24,000 nucleotides of DNA from Spongiibacter thalassae (lineage in GTDB: Bacteria; Pseudomonadota; Gammaproteobacteria; Pseudomonadales; Spongiibacteraceae): positions 103,500 to 127,499 of the forward strand of contig NZ_JAAWWK010000008.1 of the NCBI RefSeq assembly GCF_012272835.1. The letters are read 5' to 3'. Positions 12,328-23,760 of the stretch are shown here, in pieces (positions within the stretch are counted from its first letter, which is position 1; every line of letters starts with the position of its first letter). The notes under the pieces are model-generated. The model was not told the DNA's origin, searched no databases, and was given only the letters and a program-made list of their open reading frames with translations. A program made the position numbers and the translations under genes.

Positions 12328-14712
12328 ATGGCTAAAAGCCGCAAAGAACACAATGATCCCCACGCCGCCCGCGAAGCGGAACGCTACGACAATCCGGTGC
12401 CCAGCCGGGAGTACATTCTTGAGAAATTAGGTGATGCCGAGCAGGGGATGTCTGCGTCGGCACTGCGCAAGTTGCTGGGTATAGAAGGTGAAGACGAGCA
12501 GGAGGGCCTGCGCCGACGGTTGAAGGCCATGCTGCGCGACGGTCAGCTGATCGAGGGGCGGCGCGGCCGCTTGCAGGCGCCAGTGGCGGGCGAGGCGGTT
12601 GTCGGTCGTGTGCAGGGCCATCGCGAGGGCTATGGTTTCGTTATTGTCGATGGCGATGACGATGTGTATTTGCACAATCGGCAGATGCAGCAGGTGTTTG
12701 ATGGTGACGTGGTGTCGGTAGAGGTGACCGGCAGCGATCAGCGCGGCCGTCGCGAAGGCATTATTGTCGAGGTGGTGGAGCGCAATACCCAGCAGCTGGT
12801 AGGCAAGCTGGTAGATCATCGCGGTCGTGCGATGGTGGTGCCGGAAAATACCCGTATTCAAAACTGGATCGCCCTGGAAGACGGGGATTTCCAGGGGGCG
12901 TCTAACGGTGACTACGTGATGGTGGAAATCACCCGTCAGCCGGGGATGCGCCAGCAGGCCCGGGGGCGGATAGTCGAGTTGCTGGGCGATCGGCAGACGG
13001 TGGGTGTGGCAACGGAGCTGGCCCTGCGCAGTCATGAGATACCCTTCGACTGGCCCGAGGAAGTTGAGGAGGAGGCGCGAAAGTTCGGTTCCGAGCCTCT
13101 GGAAAAAGACAAGAAACACCGGGCTGACCTGCGCGATTTGCCGCTGGTGACCATCGACGGTGAGGATGCCCGGGATTTTGATGACGCGGTCTACGCCGAA
13201 AAGAAAAAGTCGGGTGGTTGGCGTCTTTGGGTGGCTATTGCCGATGTCTCCCACTATGTGAAAATTGGTTCAGCGCTGGATGCCGAGGCTCATCGTCGGG
13301 CAACGTCGGTGTATTTTCCCGACCGGGTCGTGCCCATGCTGCCAGAGGCATTGTCCAACGGCTTGTGCTCGCTCAAGCCCGAGGTTGATCGCCTGTGTAT
13401 GGTGTGTGAAATGACCATCAGCGCCAGCGGTCGGCTGAGTGGTTACACCTTCTACGAAGCCGTCATGCGCTCTCATGCGCGTCTTACCTATAACGAGGTA
13501 GGCGCCATGCTGAGGGTGAAAGGCGCTGATCCAGAGAAGGACAGCGGTCGCTTCCACCAGTTTATTCCGCAGTTGCAAGAGTTGCACAATCTGTATCGCG
13601 CCCTGCGGGAAGCCCGCAGTGAACGGGGTGCCATCGACTTTGAAACCGTGGAGACTCGCATTGTCTTCAGTGATGAGCGTCGGATCGAAGCGATTGTGCC
13701 GGTGCATCGCCACGACGCTCACCGAATGATTGAGGAGTGTATGCTGATCGCCAATGTGGCGACGGCAAAAACACTGGAAAAGTCGGGGCTGGATGCACTG
13801 TATCGCGTGCATAATGGCCCGTCGGACCAAAAGCTCGGCAATCTGCGGGAGTTTCTCGGTGAAATTGGTCTGGGTTTGAAGGGTGGAGAGAAACCGTCTC
13901 CCAAAGATTATCAGGCCTTGCTCTCAACGATTGGTGATCGGCCTGATGGCCAGATGATTCAAACCATGCTGCTGCGCTCACTGAGTCAGGCGGTTTACCA
14001 GCCCGATAACGAAGGCCATTTTGGCCTGAACTACACCGGATACACCCACTTTACTTCGCCGATTCGGCGCTACCCCGATCTGTTGGTGCATCGGGCCTTG
14101 CGCTATTTGATGCGCAACGGTGGCGGCGACGCCGAAAGGCATTTCAGCATCGAGCCGAGTGCACCGGCTTTGCCGCGCAAGAAGATCTATCCCTATGATC
14201 TGGAAGCCCTGCTGACCCTGGGTGCCCACTGCTCGATGGCCGAGCGGCGCGCGGATGATGCCAGTCGTGATGTCATGGCATTTTTGAAGTGCGAGTTCCT
14301 GCAGGATCACGTCGGTAACGAATTCGAGGGCGTGATTGCTGCGGTCACCGGGTTTGGCTTGTTTGTTGAACTGCAGGATTTGTATATCGAAGGTCTGGTG
14401 CATATTTCGGCGCTGCCGCAGGACTACTACCAGTTTGATCAGGCCCACCAGCGGTTGATCGGTGAGCGCACACGTCGGGTTTATCAGTTGGGAGACAGCC
14501 TGCGGGTGCAGGTCATGGGCGTCGATCTGGACGAGCGCAAGATCGATCTCGCTGTGGTGGCTGGCGCGAATACGCGGCGAAATAAACCCTCGGTGCGCGA
14601 GGCTCTTGCCAAGGGCGAAGTGCCCGGTGCGAAGGCCAAGAAGGGGGCAGCCAAGCTGCCGCCGGGCAAGAAGGGTCCTGGTGGTGCCAATAAAAAACGT
14701 CGCCGTCGCTAG
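12328..14712 (+). CDS. rnr: Ribonuclease R
   Basis: The ORF has the RNB-domain pattern (LPLVTIDGEDARDFDDAVY, SVYFPDRVVPMLPE, FTSPIRRYPDLLVHR), a C-terminal S1 domain and a Lys/Arg-rich tail. The start is placed at ATG 12328 (MAKSRKEH). The conserved neighbour rlmB follows. Confidence 0.95.
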   Translation: MAKSRKEHNDPHAAREAERYDNPVPSREYILEKLGDAEQGMSASALRKLLGIEGEDEQEGLRRRLKAMLRDGQLIEGRRGRLQAPVAGEAVVGRVQGHREGYGFVIVDGDDDVYLHNRQMQQVFDGDVVSVEVTGSDQRGRREGIIVEVVERNTQQLVGKLVDHRGRAMVVPENTRIQNWIALEDGDFQGASNGDYVMVEITRQPGMRQQARGRIVELLGDRQTVGVATELALRSHEIPFDWPEEVEEEARKFGSEPLEKDKKHRADLRDLPLVTIDGEDARDFDDAVYAEKKKSGGWRLWVAIADVSHYVKIGSALDAEAHRRATSVYFPDRVVPMLPEALSNGLCSLKPEVDRLCMVCEMTISASGRLSGYTFYEAVMRSHARLTYNEVGAMLRVKGADPEKDSGRFHQFIPQLQELHNLYRALREARSERGAIDFETVETRIVFSDERRIEAIVPVHRHDAHRMIEECMLIANVATAKTLEKSGLDALYRVHNGPSDQKLGNLREFLGEIGLGLKGGEKPSPKDYQALLSTIGDRPDGQMIQTMLLRSLSQAVYQPDNEGHFGLNYTGYTHFTSPIRRYPDLLVHRALRYLMRNGGGDAERHFSIEPSAPALPRKKIYPYDLEALLTLGAHCSMAERRADDASRDVMAFLKCEFLQDHVGNEFEGVIAAVTGFGLFVELQDLYIEGLVHISALPQDYYQFDQAHQRLIGERTRRVYQLGDSLRVQVMGVDLDERKIDLAVVAGANTRRNKPSVREALAKGEVPGAKAKKGAAKLPPGKKGPGGANKKRRRR

Positions 14713-14747
14713 GGCGACGATCAGGAATTAAGTGCAGGAAGTCGTTT

Positions 14748-15485
14748 GTGAGTGAAACCCTATTTGGACTCCACGCTGTATTAACAGCGCTGGAGCGCCG
14801 CCCCGATGCCCTTCGGGAAATATATGTGTTGCAGGGGCGCCGCGATAAGCGTTTGCAGAAGGTGTTGGACCTGGCGGCGCGGCATCAGTTGCCCATTACG
14901 GAGCGCAGTCGCGAGGCCCTCGACAAAATGGTTTCGGGCCGACACCAGGGCGTAGTCGCGGTGGCCGATGCCATGGCCCCGGGGAGTGAAAAAGACATTC
15001 CGGGAATTGTTGAGGCCGCCGGCCGTGACGCGCTGATTCTGGTGCTCGACGGTGTTACCGACCCCCATAACCTCGGCGCCTGCCTGCGCAGTGCGGATGC
15101 TGCCGGGGTGCAGTTAGTGATTGCGCCCAAGGATAATTCCGCCAGCCTGAATGCCACCGTCAGCAAAGTGGCCTGCGGTGCGGCTGAGGCGGTGCCCTTC
15201 GTGCAGGTGACGAATCTCGCCCGTTGTCTGACCCAGTTACAGGACCTGGGCGTGTGGATAGTGGGGATGGCCGGTGAGGCCGACGACTCGCTATATGACT
15301 GCGACCTGACCGGGCCTCGCGCGCTGGTTATGGGGGCCGAGGGCAGTGGTATGCGCAGGCTGACCAAGGAGCGTTGTGACTACCTCGCCAAACTGCCGAT
15401 GGCAGGAGAGGTCAGTAGCCTTAATGTGTCGGTAGCCACGGGTATTTGCCTTTTTGAAGCAGTACGACAGCGTCGTTCGCTATGA
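14748..15485 (+). CDS. rlmB: 23S rRNA (guanosine-2'-O)-methyltransferase RlmB (SpoU/TrmH family)
   Basis: SpoU motifs are present (LDGVTDPHNLGACLRSADAAG, ALVMGAEGSGMR, SLNVSVATGICLFE). The gene has a GTG start and sits in the conserved position after rnr. Confidence 0.9.
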   Translation: MSETLFGLHAVLTALERRPDALREIYVLQGRRDKRLQKVLDLAARHQLPITERSREALDKMVSGRHQGVVAVADAMAPGSEKDIPGIVEAAGRDALILVLDGVTDPHNLGACLRSADAAGVQLVIAPKDNSASLNATVSKVACGAAEAVPFVQVTNLARCLTQLQDLGVWIVGMAGEADDSLYDCDLTGPRALVMGAEGSGMRRLTKERCDYLAKLPMAGEVSSLNVSVATGICLFEAVRQRRSL

Positions 15486-15510
15486 TTTGGCTAAAAAATA
15501 CACGAATTCC

Positions 15511-15539
15511 TTGCATATACCGGCCCCCTTGCCTAAAAT
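15511..15539 (+). promoter_or_regulatory. Candidate sigma70 promoter of the rpsF operon
   Basis: TTGCAT (15511-15516), a 17-nt spacer and TAAAAT (15534-15539) lie about 95 nt upstream of the rpsF ATG. Confidence 0.5.
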
Positions 15540-15633
15540 CCGCGCTCTTGATTTAACGGCAGCCACGTTCAGTTAACGGGGTTGCCCTCCTTGCCACACC
15601 ATAATGGGTGGCTTAACCCGTAAGGAGCATACA

Positions 15634-16071
15634 ATGCGTCACTACGAAATCGTGTTTCTGGTTCATCCAGATCAAAGCGAGCAGGTCCCGGGCATGGTTG
15701 AACGCTATACCCAGGCAATCGAGAAGGATGGCGGCAAAGTCCACCGTCTGGAAGATTGGGGCCGTCGCCAGCTGGCATACCCCATCAACAAAATCCACAA
15801 AGCTCACTATGTGCTGATCAACGCAGAAGCAACTGCTGAAGCGATCGACGAGCTGACAACCAACTTCCGCTACAACGATGCCGTGCTGCGTAATCTGGTT
15901 ATCCGCTGTGATGAAGCCGTGACTGAAGAGTCGCCAATCATGAAGGCAGAGAAAGAGAGCCGCGAGCGTCGCAGCCGCAGTGAGCAGCGCACCGAGCGTC
16001 GCGACAACACTGAGCAGTCGTCTGGCAGCAGCGAAGAATCAGCCGAAAAGGCTGAGACCAGCGCCGAATAA
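15634..16071 (+). CDS. rpsF: 30S ribosomal protein S6
   Basis: The product begins [18 protein letters not shown] and has an acidic C-terminal tail. ATG 15634 is preceded by AAGGAG. Confidence 0.97.
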   Translation: MRHYEIVFLVHPDQSEQVPGMVERYTQAIEKDGGKVHRLEDWGRRQLAYPINKIHKAHYVLINAEATAEAIDELTTNFRYNDAVLRNLVIRCDEAVTEESPIMKAEKESRERRSRSEQRTERRDNTEQSSGSSEESAEKAETSAE

Positions 16072-16096
16072 TAGCGGATAGAGTGAGGATATAAAG

Positions 16097-16324
16097 ATGG
16101 CACGTTTTTTCCGTCGTCGTAAGTTTTGCCGCTTTACTGCGGAAGGTGTTAAGCAGATCGATTACAAAGATCTGGACACATTGAAAGCCTATGTTTCTGA
16201 AACTGGCAAAATTGTTCCCAGCCGCATCACAGGAACCAATGCCAAGTATCAGCGCCAGTTGTCTACCGCGATCAAACGCGCGCGTTTTCTGGCTTTGCTG
16301 CCGTACACCGACAGCCATAAATAA
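16097..16324 (+). CDS. rpsR: 30S ribosomal protein S18
   Basis: The product is [47 protein letters not shown]. Confidence 0.97.
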   Translation: MARFFRRRKFCRFTAEGVKQIDYKDLDTLKAYVSETGKIVPSRITGTNAKYQRQLSTAIKRARFLALLPYTDSHK

Positions 16325-16344
16325 GTTGGGCTGTTAAACGACCC

Positions 16345-17187
16345 ATGCGCCCCCTCGCAGAGTTTGTAATGAAAGGGCGCTTCCAGGCCACGGCAGTCGC
16401 CGCGCTTGGAATCGCCACATTGATGTTTGCGTGGGTGGGTGCTGCGGCAGCCGCCCTGGTCACCCTGAGAAAGGGAACGACTGAAGGCATATATGTTGTT
16501 TTCTGGGCGCTGCTACCCGCAATTGCGGTAGCCAAATTCGCTCAGGATGTCGGTCCGCTGTGCATGTTGCTGGTTTCAGCTGGCGCGGCGATCGTCTTGC
16601 GAAATACTCGGTCCTGGCCCTTGGCACTGGTGTTTTCAGTGTTTGGGGGAATGTGCACAGCGCTGTTTCTGCAGCAATTTGCCCAGGACTACCTGGCGGC
16701 AATTCTGGCAACGGTGCAGCCTATGCTGGATCAGTTGCGCAGCCAGTCAGCGGGGCGCTTGCCCCAGATTCTGACCGGCGACATTGCCGCGGTGATCGGT
16801 AGTAGCACCGTGCTGTGGAGTGTGCTGGCGCTGATGTTGGCGCGGTGGTGGCAGTCGCTGCTCTATAATCCCGGTGGTTTTCGCACCGAGATGTGGAGCA
16901 TGCGCTTACCCGCTGTGGCCACGGTGGTGCTGGTTGCGGTCATGCTGTTGATTGGCCGCATGGGTGAGGAATTTCGCTTCTGGGGCGTAATGTGTTTACT
17001 GCCTTTTTTGGCGGCGGGACTGTCGCTGATACACGGGGTAGTAGGGCGTTTCGGCTTGGGTCGGGTGTGGTTGGTAGTGTTTTATATCGCGCTGTTGTTA
17101 TTGGGACCTCTGTGGGGGTTGTTGATACTGGCAGCGATTGTAGATAGTTGGATTGATATCAGACGGCGTTTGTCCAAAACCGCATAG
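16345..17187 (+). CDS. Polytopic inner-membrane protein conserved between rpsR and rplI
   Basis: This 280-aa ORF has multiple hydrophobic helices. A hypothetical membrane protein occupies the same position in Pseudomonas-like genomes. No function can be inferred. Confidence 0.75.
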   Translation: MRPLAEFVMKGRFQATAVAALGIATLMFAWVGAAAAALVTLRKGTTEGIYVVFWALLPAIAVAKFAQDVGPLCMLLVSAGAAIVLRNTRSWPLALVFSVFGGMCTALFLQQFAQDYLAAILATVQPMLDQLRSQSAGRLPQILTGDIAAVIGSSTVLWSVLALMLARWWQSLLYNPGGFRTEMWSMRLPAVATVVLVAVMLLIGRMGEEFRFWGVMCLLPFLAAGLSLIHGVVGRFGLGRVWLVVFYIALLLLGPLWGLLILAAIVDSWIDIRRRLSKTA

Positions 17188-17221
17188 GGTGTTGTGCAGG
17201 CGCGCAGGAGAGGTGAGAACC

Positions 17222-17668
17222 ATGCAAGTGATTCTGCTTGAGAAAATCGGCAAGCTGGGTAATCTGGGCGATCAGGTTAATGTTAAGTCGGGCTACGGCC
17301 GCAACTTTCTGATCCCCTTTGGCAAGGCTGTGCCTGCCACTGGCGACAATGTTGCAGCGTTCGAAGCACGTCGCGCTGAGCTCGAAGCTGCTGCCGCTGA
17401 AAAGCGTGCCGAAGCTGATGCACGCGCAGCCAAACTGGCTGAGCTGGCGGTGACCATCGCTGCGAACGCGGGTGAAGGTGGCAAGCTGTTCGGTTCTATT
17501 GGCACGCGCGATATCGCTGATGCGATTTCAGCGGCCGGTGTTGAAGTGAACAAGAGCGAAGTGCGTATGCCTGAAGGTCCGATCCGTGACATCGGTAACT
17601 ACGAGATCGACATTCAGCTGCACAGCGACGTAGTACAAGCCGTCGCGTTGAGTGTAGTTGCTGAGTAA
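17222..17668 (+). CDS. rplI: 50S ribosomal protein L9
   Basis: The product begins [39 protein letters not shown] 17222 is preceded by GGAGAGG, and the product is 148 aa. Confidence 0.97.
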   Translation: MQVILLEKIGKLGNLGDQVNVKSGYGRNFLIPFGKAVPATGDNVAAFEARRAELEAAAAEKRAEADARAAKLAELAVTIAANAGEGGKLFGSIGTRDIADAISAAGVEVNKSEVRMPEGPIRDIGNYEIDIQLHSDVVQAVALSVVAE

Positions 17669-17766
17669 AAAGCTCAGCCAGCCAGACGTCAGGCAGCCTG
17701 AGCGGCCCGACGCCAGCTGAACGCAGAGGCGGGTGCGGACAGTGTGTTCGCGCTGGCCCCTGCTTG

Positions 17767-17808
17767 AAAAAGCGCGTGCGACCTTGCTGGTCGGCGCGCT
17801 TTTTTTTT
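17767..17808 (+). terminator. Rho-independent terminator after rplI
   Basis: AAAAAGCGCGTGCGACC-ttgc-TGGTCGGCGCGC is followed by a T9 run (17800-17808). Confidence 0.75.
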
Positions 17809-17905
17809 GCCACAATGCCTGACTGCTGTCATTCCATTGCCGGTGTTCGGCAACGGGCTGATCCAACCATTCAGAGCTGCTGATAGTTCCGGTAAGAGTA
17901 TCCCT

Positions 17906-19315
17906 GTGCAAGCTGATTCCTATTCCGATACCCCGCCCCCCGATTTCGATATGGGTGAGCTGAGCGAGTTAAAGCGCCCTCCCTACTCTCTGGAAGCAGA
18001 GCAGTCGGTATTGGGTGGCCTGATGATTTCCGGCAACAGCTGGGACTCGGTGGCGGACCTGGTCAGCGAGGGTGATTTCTTCAAGCCCCAGCACCGTCGC
18101 ATCTACGCCTGCATGGAGCGCTTGGTGGAGCAGGAGCAGCCCATCGATGTGGTCACGCTGGCAGAAACCCTGGCGCGCAACGGTGAGCTGGATGAGGTGG
18201 GTGGCACGAGTTATCTGGCTGAGGTGGCCAATGCAACGCCCTCGGTCGCCAATATCCGCGCCTACGCTCAGGCGGTGCGCGAGCGCGCGACGTTCCGCGC
18301 CCTGATCGCGGCAGCAAACTCCATTGTTGATGCCAGCTTTAACCCGGAGGGGCGCAGCAGCGACGATGTGCTCGATGAGGCCGAGCGCCGCATCATGCAG
18401 ATCTCCGAAGAGCGGCCCAAGACCGGCGGTCTGGAGCCCATTAACCCCCTGTTGAAGCAGGCCGTTGAAAAGATCGACGAGCTGTTTAACAGCGATGAGG
18501 CCATCACCGGCCTCAGTACCGGTTTTGAAAAGCTCGACGAAATGACCTCGGGCCTGCAAAAGTCCGACTTGATTATCGTCGCCGCCCGTCCGTCGATGGG
18601 TAAAACCACCTTCGCGATGAATCTGGTGGAAAATGCCCTGTTGCGCTACGACCAGCCGATGCTGGTGTTCAGTATGGAGATGCCCGCGGCCCAGCTGATG
18701 ATGAGGATGCTGTCGTCGGTGGGCAAAATCGACCAGACCAGGGTTCGCAGCGGTCGCCTCGAAGAAGAGGATTGGCCCAAACTCAGCGCCGCTGTCAGCA
18801 AGTTGAAGGACCGGAAGCTGTTCATTGACGATACCCCGGCGCTGACGCCGACCGAGGTGCGTTCCCGGGCGCGCAAGGTGCTGCGGGAGCACGGCAGCAT
18901 CGGCATGATTATGCTGGATTACCTGCAGTTGATGCAGGTGGCCGGAAGCAGTGAGGGGCGTACCGCGGAGATCTCCGAAATTTCCCGCTCGTTGAAGGGA
19001 ATCGCCAAGGAGTTTGAGTGTCCGGTCATCGCTCTATCGCAGCTGAACCGCGCATTGGAGCAGCGTCCGAACAAGCGCCCGGTCAACTCGGATCTGCGGG
19101 AATCCGGGGCCATCGAGCAGGATGCCGATGTGATAATGTTCATCTACCGCGACGAGGTGTACAACGAAGAAAGCCAGGATAAGGGCGTTGCCGAAATTAT
19201 TATCGGCAAGCAGCGTAACGGTCCAATTGGTACTGCGCGCCTGAGCTTTATCGGCAAGTTTACCCGCTTTGAAAACCTGGCCTTCGGCAATTACGACGAA
19301 GATCCCGGCTATTGA
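17906..19315 (+). CDS. dnaB: Replicative DNA helicase DnaB
   Basis: The ORF aligns by eye with E. coli DnaB (PPYSLEAEQSVLGGLM, LIIVAARPSMGKTTFAMNLVENA, DYLQLM, SQLNRALEQRPNKRPVNSDLRESGAIEQDADVIMFIYRDEVY). The start is uncertain: either GTG 17906 (AAGAG upstream) or ATG 17951. The track start at 17807 lies inside the rplI terminator. Confidence 0.93.
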   Translation: MQADSYSDTPPPDFDMGELSELKRPPYSLEAEQSVLGGLMISGNSWDSVADLVSEGDFFKPQHRRIYACMERLVEQEQPIDVVTLAETLARNGELDEVGGTSYLAEVANATPSVANIRAYAQAVRERATFRALIAAANSIVDASFNPEGRSSDDVLDEAERRIMQISEERPKTGGLEPINPLLKQAVEKIDELFNSDEAITGLSTGFEKLDEMTSGLQKSDLIIVAARPSMGKTTFAMNLVENALLRYDQPMLVFSMEMPAAQLMMRMLSSVGKIDQTRVRSGRLEEEDWPKLSAAVSKLKDRKLFIDDTPALTPTEVRSRARKVLREHGSIGMIMLDYLQLMQVAGSSEGRTAEISEISRSLKGIAKEFECPVIALSQLNRALEQRPNKRPVNSDLRESGAIEQDADVIMFIYRDEVYNEESQDKGVAEIIIGKQRNGPIGTARLSFIGKFTRFENLAFGNYDEDPGY

Positions 19316-19324
19316 GCGCGGGCG

Positions 19325-20080
19325 CTATGCGCCGTCGCTCTCCTGGCTGGGGCGCGCTTCAACAAAACGGCCAAAGAATACCCCCACCTCGAACAGCAGC
19401 CACATAGGCACCGCTAACAGCAATTGCGAGATCACATCCGGTGGGGTGAGCAGCATGCCGAATATAAAGCAGCCGACGATAATGTAGGGGCGTTTCTCCC
19501 CGAGTGTTTTGCGGTCGATGACGCCAGCGCTGATCAGCAAAATGGTCGCGATAGGAATTTCAAAGGCGATGCCAAAGGCAAAGAATAGCTTTAGCGCGGT
19601 GTCGAGGAAGCGGGCGATATCCGGGGTGTAAGCGACACCCTCAGGGGTGATGCCGCTGAAAAAGCCGAATACCAGCGGAAACACAACATAATAGGCGAAG
19701 GCCAGTCCCAGATAAAACAACAGTACACTCGACACCAGCATGGGGGCAGCAATCCGCTTTTCGTGGCGGTACATGCCCGGCGAAATAAAGGCCCAGGCCT
19801 GGTGAAGAATCACGGGAATGGCCAGGCAGAAGGCGCTCATCAACACCAGCTTGAAAGGGGTGAGAAAGGTGGAGGCGACCTCAGTGGCAATCATGCTGCT
19901 GCCTTCCGGCAGGTAGCGACGCAGAGGCTCGGCAACGAAGGTATAAATCTCGGCAGAAAAGGGCATCAGGGCGATGGCACAGACCAGTATCGCCAGCACG
20001 ATACGCAGCAAGCGGTCGCGCAGCTCGGTCAGGTGTGCAACCAGCGGCTGGCCGGGGTCGTTGTGGGCATCTGTACTCAT
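19325..20080 (-). CDS. tatC: Twin-arginine translocase subunit TatC
   Basis: This 251-aa polytopic protein ([14 protein letters not shown]...) lies downstream of tatA and tatB. Confidence 0.95.
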   Translation of the reverse strand: MSTDAHNDPGQPLVAHLTELRDRLLRIVLAILVCAIALMPFSAEIYTFVAEPLRRYLPEGSSMIATEVASTFLTPFKLVLMSAFCLAIPVILHQAWAFISPGMYRHEKRIAAPMLVSSVLLFYLGLAFAYYVVFPLVFGFFSGITPEGVAYTPDIARFLDTALKLFFAFGIAFEIPIATILLISAGVIDRKTLGEKRPYIIVGCFIFGMLLTPPDVISQLLLAVPMWLLFEVGVFFGRFVEARPSQESDGA

Positions 20081-20454
20081 TCAGCTTCTTTCTTGTCTGT
20101 GGGTGCAGTGCGCAGGGTGTCGTTGGCGACCGCCGTATTGGGGTCTGTCCCCGATGCGGGGGCAATGCTGTTTTCGATGTTTTTCAGTTCATCGCCAGCG
20201 GAGTTCAGCGTGCTTTGCAGTTTGGCTTTGCTTTCGTTCAGCGAATCCAGCACCGCCTCGTTATGCAGTTGCCGACGGATTTCATCGGCGCCGACCTCGC
20301 GCTCGATTTCCTGACGCACGTTGTTAAAACTGCGGCGCAGACGACCGAGCCACAGGCTGGTGGTGCGAATAGCCGAGGGCAGACGTTCCGGCCCAAGCAC
20401 CAGTAACCCGAGCACAGCAATCACCAGCAGTTCGGCAAAACCGATGTCAAACAT
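20077..20454 (-). CDS. tatB: Twin-arginine translocase subunit TatB
   Basis: The product begins [26 protein letters not shown]. The gene overlaps the tatC start by 4 nt. Confidence 0.93.
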   Translation of the reverse strand: MFDIGFAELLVIAVLGLLVLGPERLPSAIRTTSLWLGRLRRSFNNVRQEIEREVGADEIRRQLHNEAVLDSLNESKAKLQSTLNSAGDELKNIENSIAPASGTDPNTAVANDTLRTAPTDKKEAE

Positions 20455-20457
20455 AGT

Positions 20458-20694
20458 TTATTTTGACTCGTTTTTGGCGTCGCTTTTCGCTTGGGCGTTG
20501 GCGTCTTCGCCTTCGGTTTCTTTTTGTTCCAGGTTTTTGCTCTCGTCCTTGTCGCCGTCGAGGCTATCCTTGAAGCCCTTGACCGCGCCACCGAGGTCGC
20601 TGCCGATGTTTTTGAGCTTTTTGGTGCCGAACAACAACACCACAATTGCCAGAACAATAAGCAATTGCCAAATACTGATGCCACCGAATCCCAT
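20458..20694 (-). CDS. tatA: Twin-arginine translocase subunit TatA
   Basis: The product begins [45 protein letters not shown] 20694 is preceded by GAGGAA. The longer track ORF (to 20742) overlaps the end of hisE. Confidence 0.93.
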   Translation of the reverse strand: MGFGGISIWQLLIVLAIVVLLFGTKKLKNIGSDLGGAVKGFKDSLDGDKDESKNLEQKETEGEDANAQAKSDAKNESK

Positions 20695-20704
20695 GGGATA
20701 TTCC

Positions 20705-21061
20705 TCAATTGTTTCCGTTGCTGCCGCGTTGGGCTTTTTCAATGTGACCCGACAGGCCGAAGCGTCGGGCGAGTTCGTTCAGCACAGCCTGATGATCGCC
20801 GCCAAGCTGCTGAAGCATAATCATGCTATGAAACCATAAATCGGCCGTTTCCCCTATCAGCTCGTCCAAATTTTCACTGTGCTGAGCGTCCTTGGCGGCG
20901 ATGATGGTTTCTGTCGCTTCTTCGCCGACCTTTTCCAGTATTTTGTTCAGGCCCTTGTGGTACAGGCTGGCCACATAGGAGCTGTCTGCGCTGGCGGACT
21001 TGCGTTCGGCCAATACGGCGTCGAGCTGCTGGAGTATGTGTGTGCCTGGGTTATTTTCCAT
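20705..21061 (-). CDS. hisE: Phosphoribosyl-ATP pyrophosphatase
   Basis: The motifs [31 protein letters not shown] and [14 protein letters not shown] are present. The gene overlaps the 3' end of hisI. Confidence 0.92.
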   Translation of the reverse strand: MENNPGTHILQQLDAVLAERKSASADSSYVASLYHKGLNKILEKVGEEATETIIAAKDAQHSENLDELIGETADLWFHSMIMLQQLGGDHQAVLNELARRFGLSGHIEKAQRGSNGNN

Positions 21062-21443
21062 AAATGGTGTCCGGGTCTTTGATAACGTCTTCGCGGGCCT
21101 GCCATTGCGTGTCTTGCAGGCCCCGGTAGAAACAGCTTTGTCTGCCGGTGTGGCAGGCGATGTCGCCCAATTGTTCTACTTGCAGCAGCAAGGCGTCGCC
21201 GTCGCAGTCCAGTGCAATGTCGTGGAGTATCTGGGTGTGGCCGGAGCTTTCGCCTTTGCGCCAGATGGCCTGACGGGAGCGGGACCAGTATATCGCGCGT
21301 TGTTCCGTCACCGTCAACGAGAGGGCCTCGCGATTCATCCACGCCATCATCAGCACACGGCCACTGCGATGGTCCTGGGCGATGGCGGCGACAAGTCCGT
21401 CGCTGTTCCACTTTATCTGGTCTAGCCAGCTGTCGTTGCTCAT
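21051..21443 (-). CDS. hisI: Phosphoribosyl-AMP cyclohydrolase
   Basis: The motifs [44 protein letters not shown] and [27 protein letters not shown] are present. The start is ATG 21443, or GTG 21449 as in the track. Confidence 0.92.
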   Translation of the reverse strand: MSNDSWLDQIKWNSDGLVAAIAQDHRSGRVLMMAWMNREALSLTVTEQRAIYWSRSRQAIWRKGESSGHTQILHDIALDCDGDALLLQVEQLGDIACHTGRQSCFYRGLQDTQWQAREDVIKDPDTIYGK

Positions 21444-21480
21444 AGTCACTACTGCTTGCTTGAAAGGCGCCTACTTTACC

Positions 21481-23112
21481 TCAGCGGGCGCGAATAAAAA
21501 AATAGATCGCCGCCAGTCCAAGCCCGATGCTGATCGGCGGCAGCTCATTCAGGCTTGCGCTGATGGCCGGGTCGGTGAACAGAGCGGCAGCGATCAGGGC
21601 GAGAATGGCAAGGCGCTGGTTGCGGCTGCGGCGCTCCCGCGCGCGGTTCTCGGCGTCAAAGCGAGCAAACAGCTCCCGAGTGGCCTCACTTTCCCCTCGC
21701 TGGGGGAGCTGCCCTCGCTCCAGCAGGCTCTCTGGCAGATGGGGGAGTTGCTCCAGCAGTCCGGGCAGGCGGTGGCTGACACGGCGCAGCATGGTTTGTG
21801 GCGAATAGCGGTCGCGAACCCATTGCTCAAGAAACGGCATTGCGGTGGACCACAGGTCGAGTTGCGGGTACAGCTGGCGGCCCAGACCCTCGATGTTCAG
21901 CAGGGTTTTTTGCAACAGCACCAGTGAGGGTTGAACCTCCATATCAAAGCGGCGCGCGGTCTGAAACAGGTAAAGCAGTAGTTGGCCGAAGGAAATATCC
22001 GCCAGGGGTTTTTCGAAAATGGGTTCGCTGACACTGCGAATTGCCGCTTCAAATTCGTGCACCTTGGTGTGGGCAGGCACCCAGCCGCACTCTACGTGCA
22101 GCTCTGCAACCTCACGGTAATTGCGTTGAAAAATGGCCAGCAGATTGCGCGCCAGATAGTACTGGTCGAAATCGCTCAAACTGCCAATAATCGCGCAGTC
22201 AATGGCGATATATTGCGGTGAAAGGGGGCGCTCCTCTGCGATAAAAATATTGCCCGGGTGCATGTCGGCGTGGAAGAAGCTGTCGCGAAACACCTGGGTG
22301 AAAAAGATCTCGACACCGCGCTCGGCGAGCTTTTTCATATCGGTGCCGTCCCGGCGCAGGCGTTCGACGTCAGTCACGGGAATGCCGTGTATGCGCTCCA
22401 TCACCAATACATTGCGGCGGGTGTAGTCCCAGTAGACCTCGGGGACGTAGAGAATGTCGGAATTGGCGAAATTGCGCCGCAGCTGTGAGGTGTTGGCCCC
22501 TTCCCGCTGCAGGTCCAGTTCGTCGTAAATGGTGTGCTGGTAGTCTTCCACCACTTCTACCGGGCGCAGCCGTCGGCCATCGGGCAGGTGGCGCTCCACC
22601 AATTCGGCAATTTTGGCCATCAGACGTACGTCGTCGCTGATGGTGCGCTCGATGCCGGGGCGCACCACCTTGACGACCACCTTGTCGCCGGATTTGAGTG
22701 TCGCGGTATGCACCTGGGCGATGGACGCCGAAGCCAGTGCCTGCCGGTCGAAGTTATCAAATATTTCATCCACCGGGCGGCCCAGGGCCTTTTCGATCTG
22801 GGCCACAGCCTGTTCGCTGGGAAAGGGGGGAACCCGGTCTTGCAGGTGGGCCAGTTCATCGGCAATGTCGTCGGGAAGGAGGTCGCGGCGAGTAGAGAGA
22901 ATTTGGCCGAACTTGATGAAGATGGGGCCTAGGGCCTCCAGTGCGAGGCGCAGTCGTTCGCCGCGGCTGATATCCGGCGCGGGAAACAATCGCCATGGGC
23001 CAAAGCGGAGGAATAATCGCACCTGCAGGGGAAGCCGTTCCTGGGGAATTAACAGGTCTACACGGTACCTGCAGACGATAATGAGAATGGCGAAAAGCCG
23101 TCTCAGGCCCAT
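21481..23112 (-). CDS. ubiB: Ubiquinone biosynthesis protein kinase-like UbiB (ABC1/ADCK family)
   Basis: The 543-aa product has ABC1 motifs ([40 protein letters not shown]) and C-terminal TM segments. It shows ubiE-ubiJ-ubiB synteny. Confidence 0.95.
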   Translation of the reverse strand: MGLRRLFAILIIVCRYRVDLLIPQERLPLQVRLFLRFGPWRLFPAPDISRGERLRLALEALGPIFIKFGQILSTRRDLLPDDIADELAHLQDRVPPFPSEQAVAQIEKALGRPVDEIFDNFDRQALASASIAQVHTATLKSGDKVVVKVVRPGIERTISDDVRLMAKIAELVERHLPDGRRLRPVEVVEDYQHTIYDELDLQREGANTSQLRRNFANSDILYVPEVYWDYTRRNVLVMERIHGIPVTDVERLRRDGTDMKKLAERGVEIFFTQVFRDSFFHADMHPGNIFIAEERPLSPQYIAIDCAIIGSLSDFDQYYLARNLLAIFQRNYREVAELHVECGWVPAHTKVHEFEAAIRSVSEPIFEKPLADISFGQLLLYLFQTARRFDMEVQPSLVLLQKTLLNIEGLGRQLYPQLDLWSTAMPFLEQWVRDRYSPQTMLRRVSHRLPGLLEQLPHLPESLLERGQLPQRGESEATRELFARFDAENRARERRSRNQRLAILALIAAALFTDPAISASLNELPPISIGLGLAAIYFFIRAR

Positions 23113-23121
23113 AGTCCTTCC

Positions 23122-23760
23122 TTAATTCTTATGATTTGCGGCTTTCAGTCGTTGCTGGAGGCGTCGAACGCGTGCCTCAAGACGTTCGCTCCGGCTGTTG
23201 AGTTCGTCGATGCTGGCGTAAAACGCCTCGGCCTGTAGCGGATGGGGAAACAGGCGGCTTTCTTCCAGTAAAAAGTCCTTCAATTGTCGCTGAAGCTGAC
23301 GGCCACTGCTCTTTGCCCAGCGCTGGCCGGCGCGCAGCCCATTGCCGATCTGGTGGGCGACAACGTCGCCGAAGGTGTCCGCCAGGGGCTGTTCCCAGTC
23401 CATTTCGAGCTCCGCGAGCAACTTGCGCAGCGCCAGCAAGGGCGCGGTGTCGCCCGCAATGTGAATGTCGCCGTTAATCAGCGCGGCTGCGGGGTCCTTG
23501 GCAGTGGCGACGGCGGCAAACTCCGTCCAGCGGCCGCGCAAACGGGTGCTGACCTTGTCGGGGGCGTGCAGCATCAAGCGGAGACGCTGGCCGTTTACTG
23601 CCATGGCGAGTGACAGGTCGGGTTCCTGCAAGTCCAGGGCAAAGCATTCGCCGTCGAGCTGCTGAAGTTTGGCGGCGGTGGTTGGGTCGAGGCGCAGGGC
23701 GCGATTGGCCGCGTCCTCCAGGCCTGACAGGGCCGCCGTGCTCAGCAGCGGGGAAATCAA
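23122..23760 (-). CDS. ubiJ: Ubiquinone biosynthesis accessory factor UbiJ (SCP2-domain protein)
   Basis: The gene lies between ubiE and ubiB. Its N-terminus has an SCP2-like pattern ([24 protein letters not shown]). The TTG start overlaps the ubiE stop (CTTGA). Confidence 0.8.
   Translation of the reverse strand: MISPLLSTAALSGLEDAANRALRLDPTTAAKLQQLDGECFALDLQEPDLSLAMAVNGQRLRLMLHAPDKVSTRLRGRWTEFAAVATAKDPAAALINGDIHIAGDTAPLLALRKLLAELEMDWEQPLADTFGDVVAHQIGNGLRAGQRWAKSSGRQLQRQLKDFLLEESRLFPHPLQAEAFYASIDELNSRSERLEARVRRLQQRLKAANHKN

Noticed and set aside
12427-14448. Long antisense ORFs inside rnr (275, 186 and 156 aa). Similar ones lie inside dnaB (17969-18892, 307 aa), maeA, ubiB and the tat/his genes.
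   Set aside because: These are classic GC-rich shadow ORFs opposite strongly supported conserved genes. Their translations are rich in Arg, Gly, His and Gln and have no domain signatures.
15540-15633. Possible structured rpsF leader (direct TTAACGG repeats at about 15553 and 15573), which could be an S6:S18 autoregulatory element
   Set aside because: I cannot derive a convincing conserved secondary structure by eye. It would need a covariance-model scan, so it is not reported as a feature.
16072-16096. Absence of priB between rpsF and rpsR
   Set aside because: This is the normal arrangement for Pseudomonas-like lineages. It is not an anomaly of this locus.
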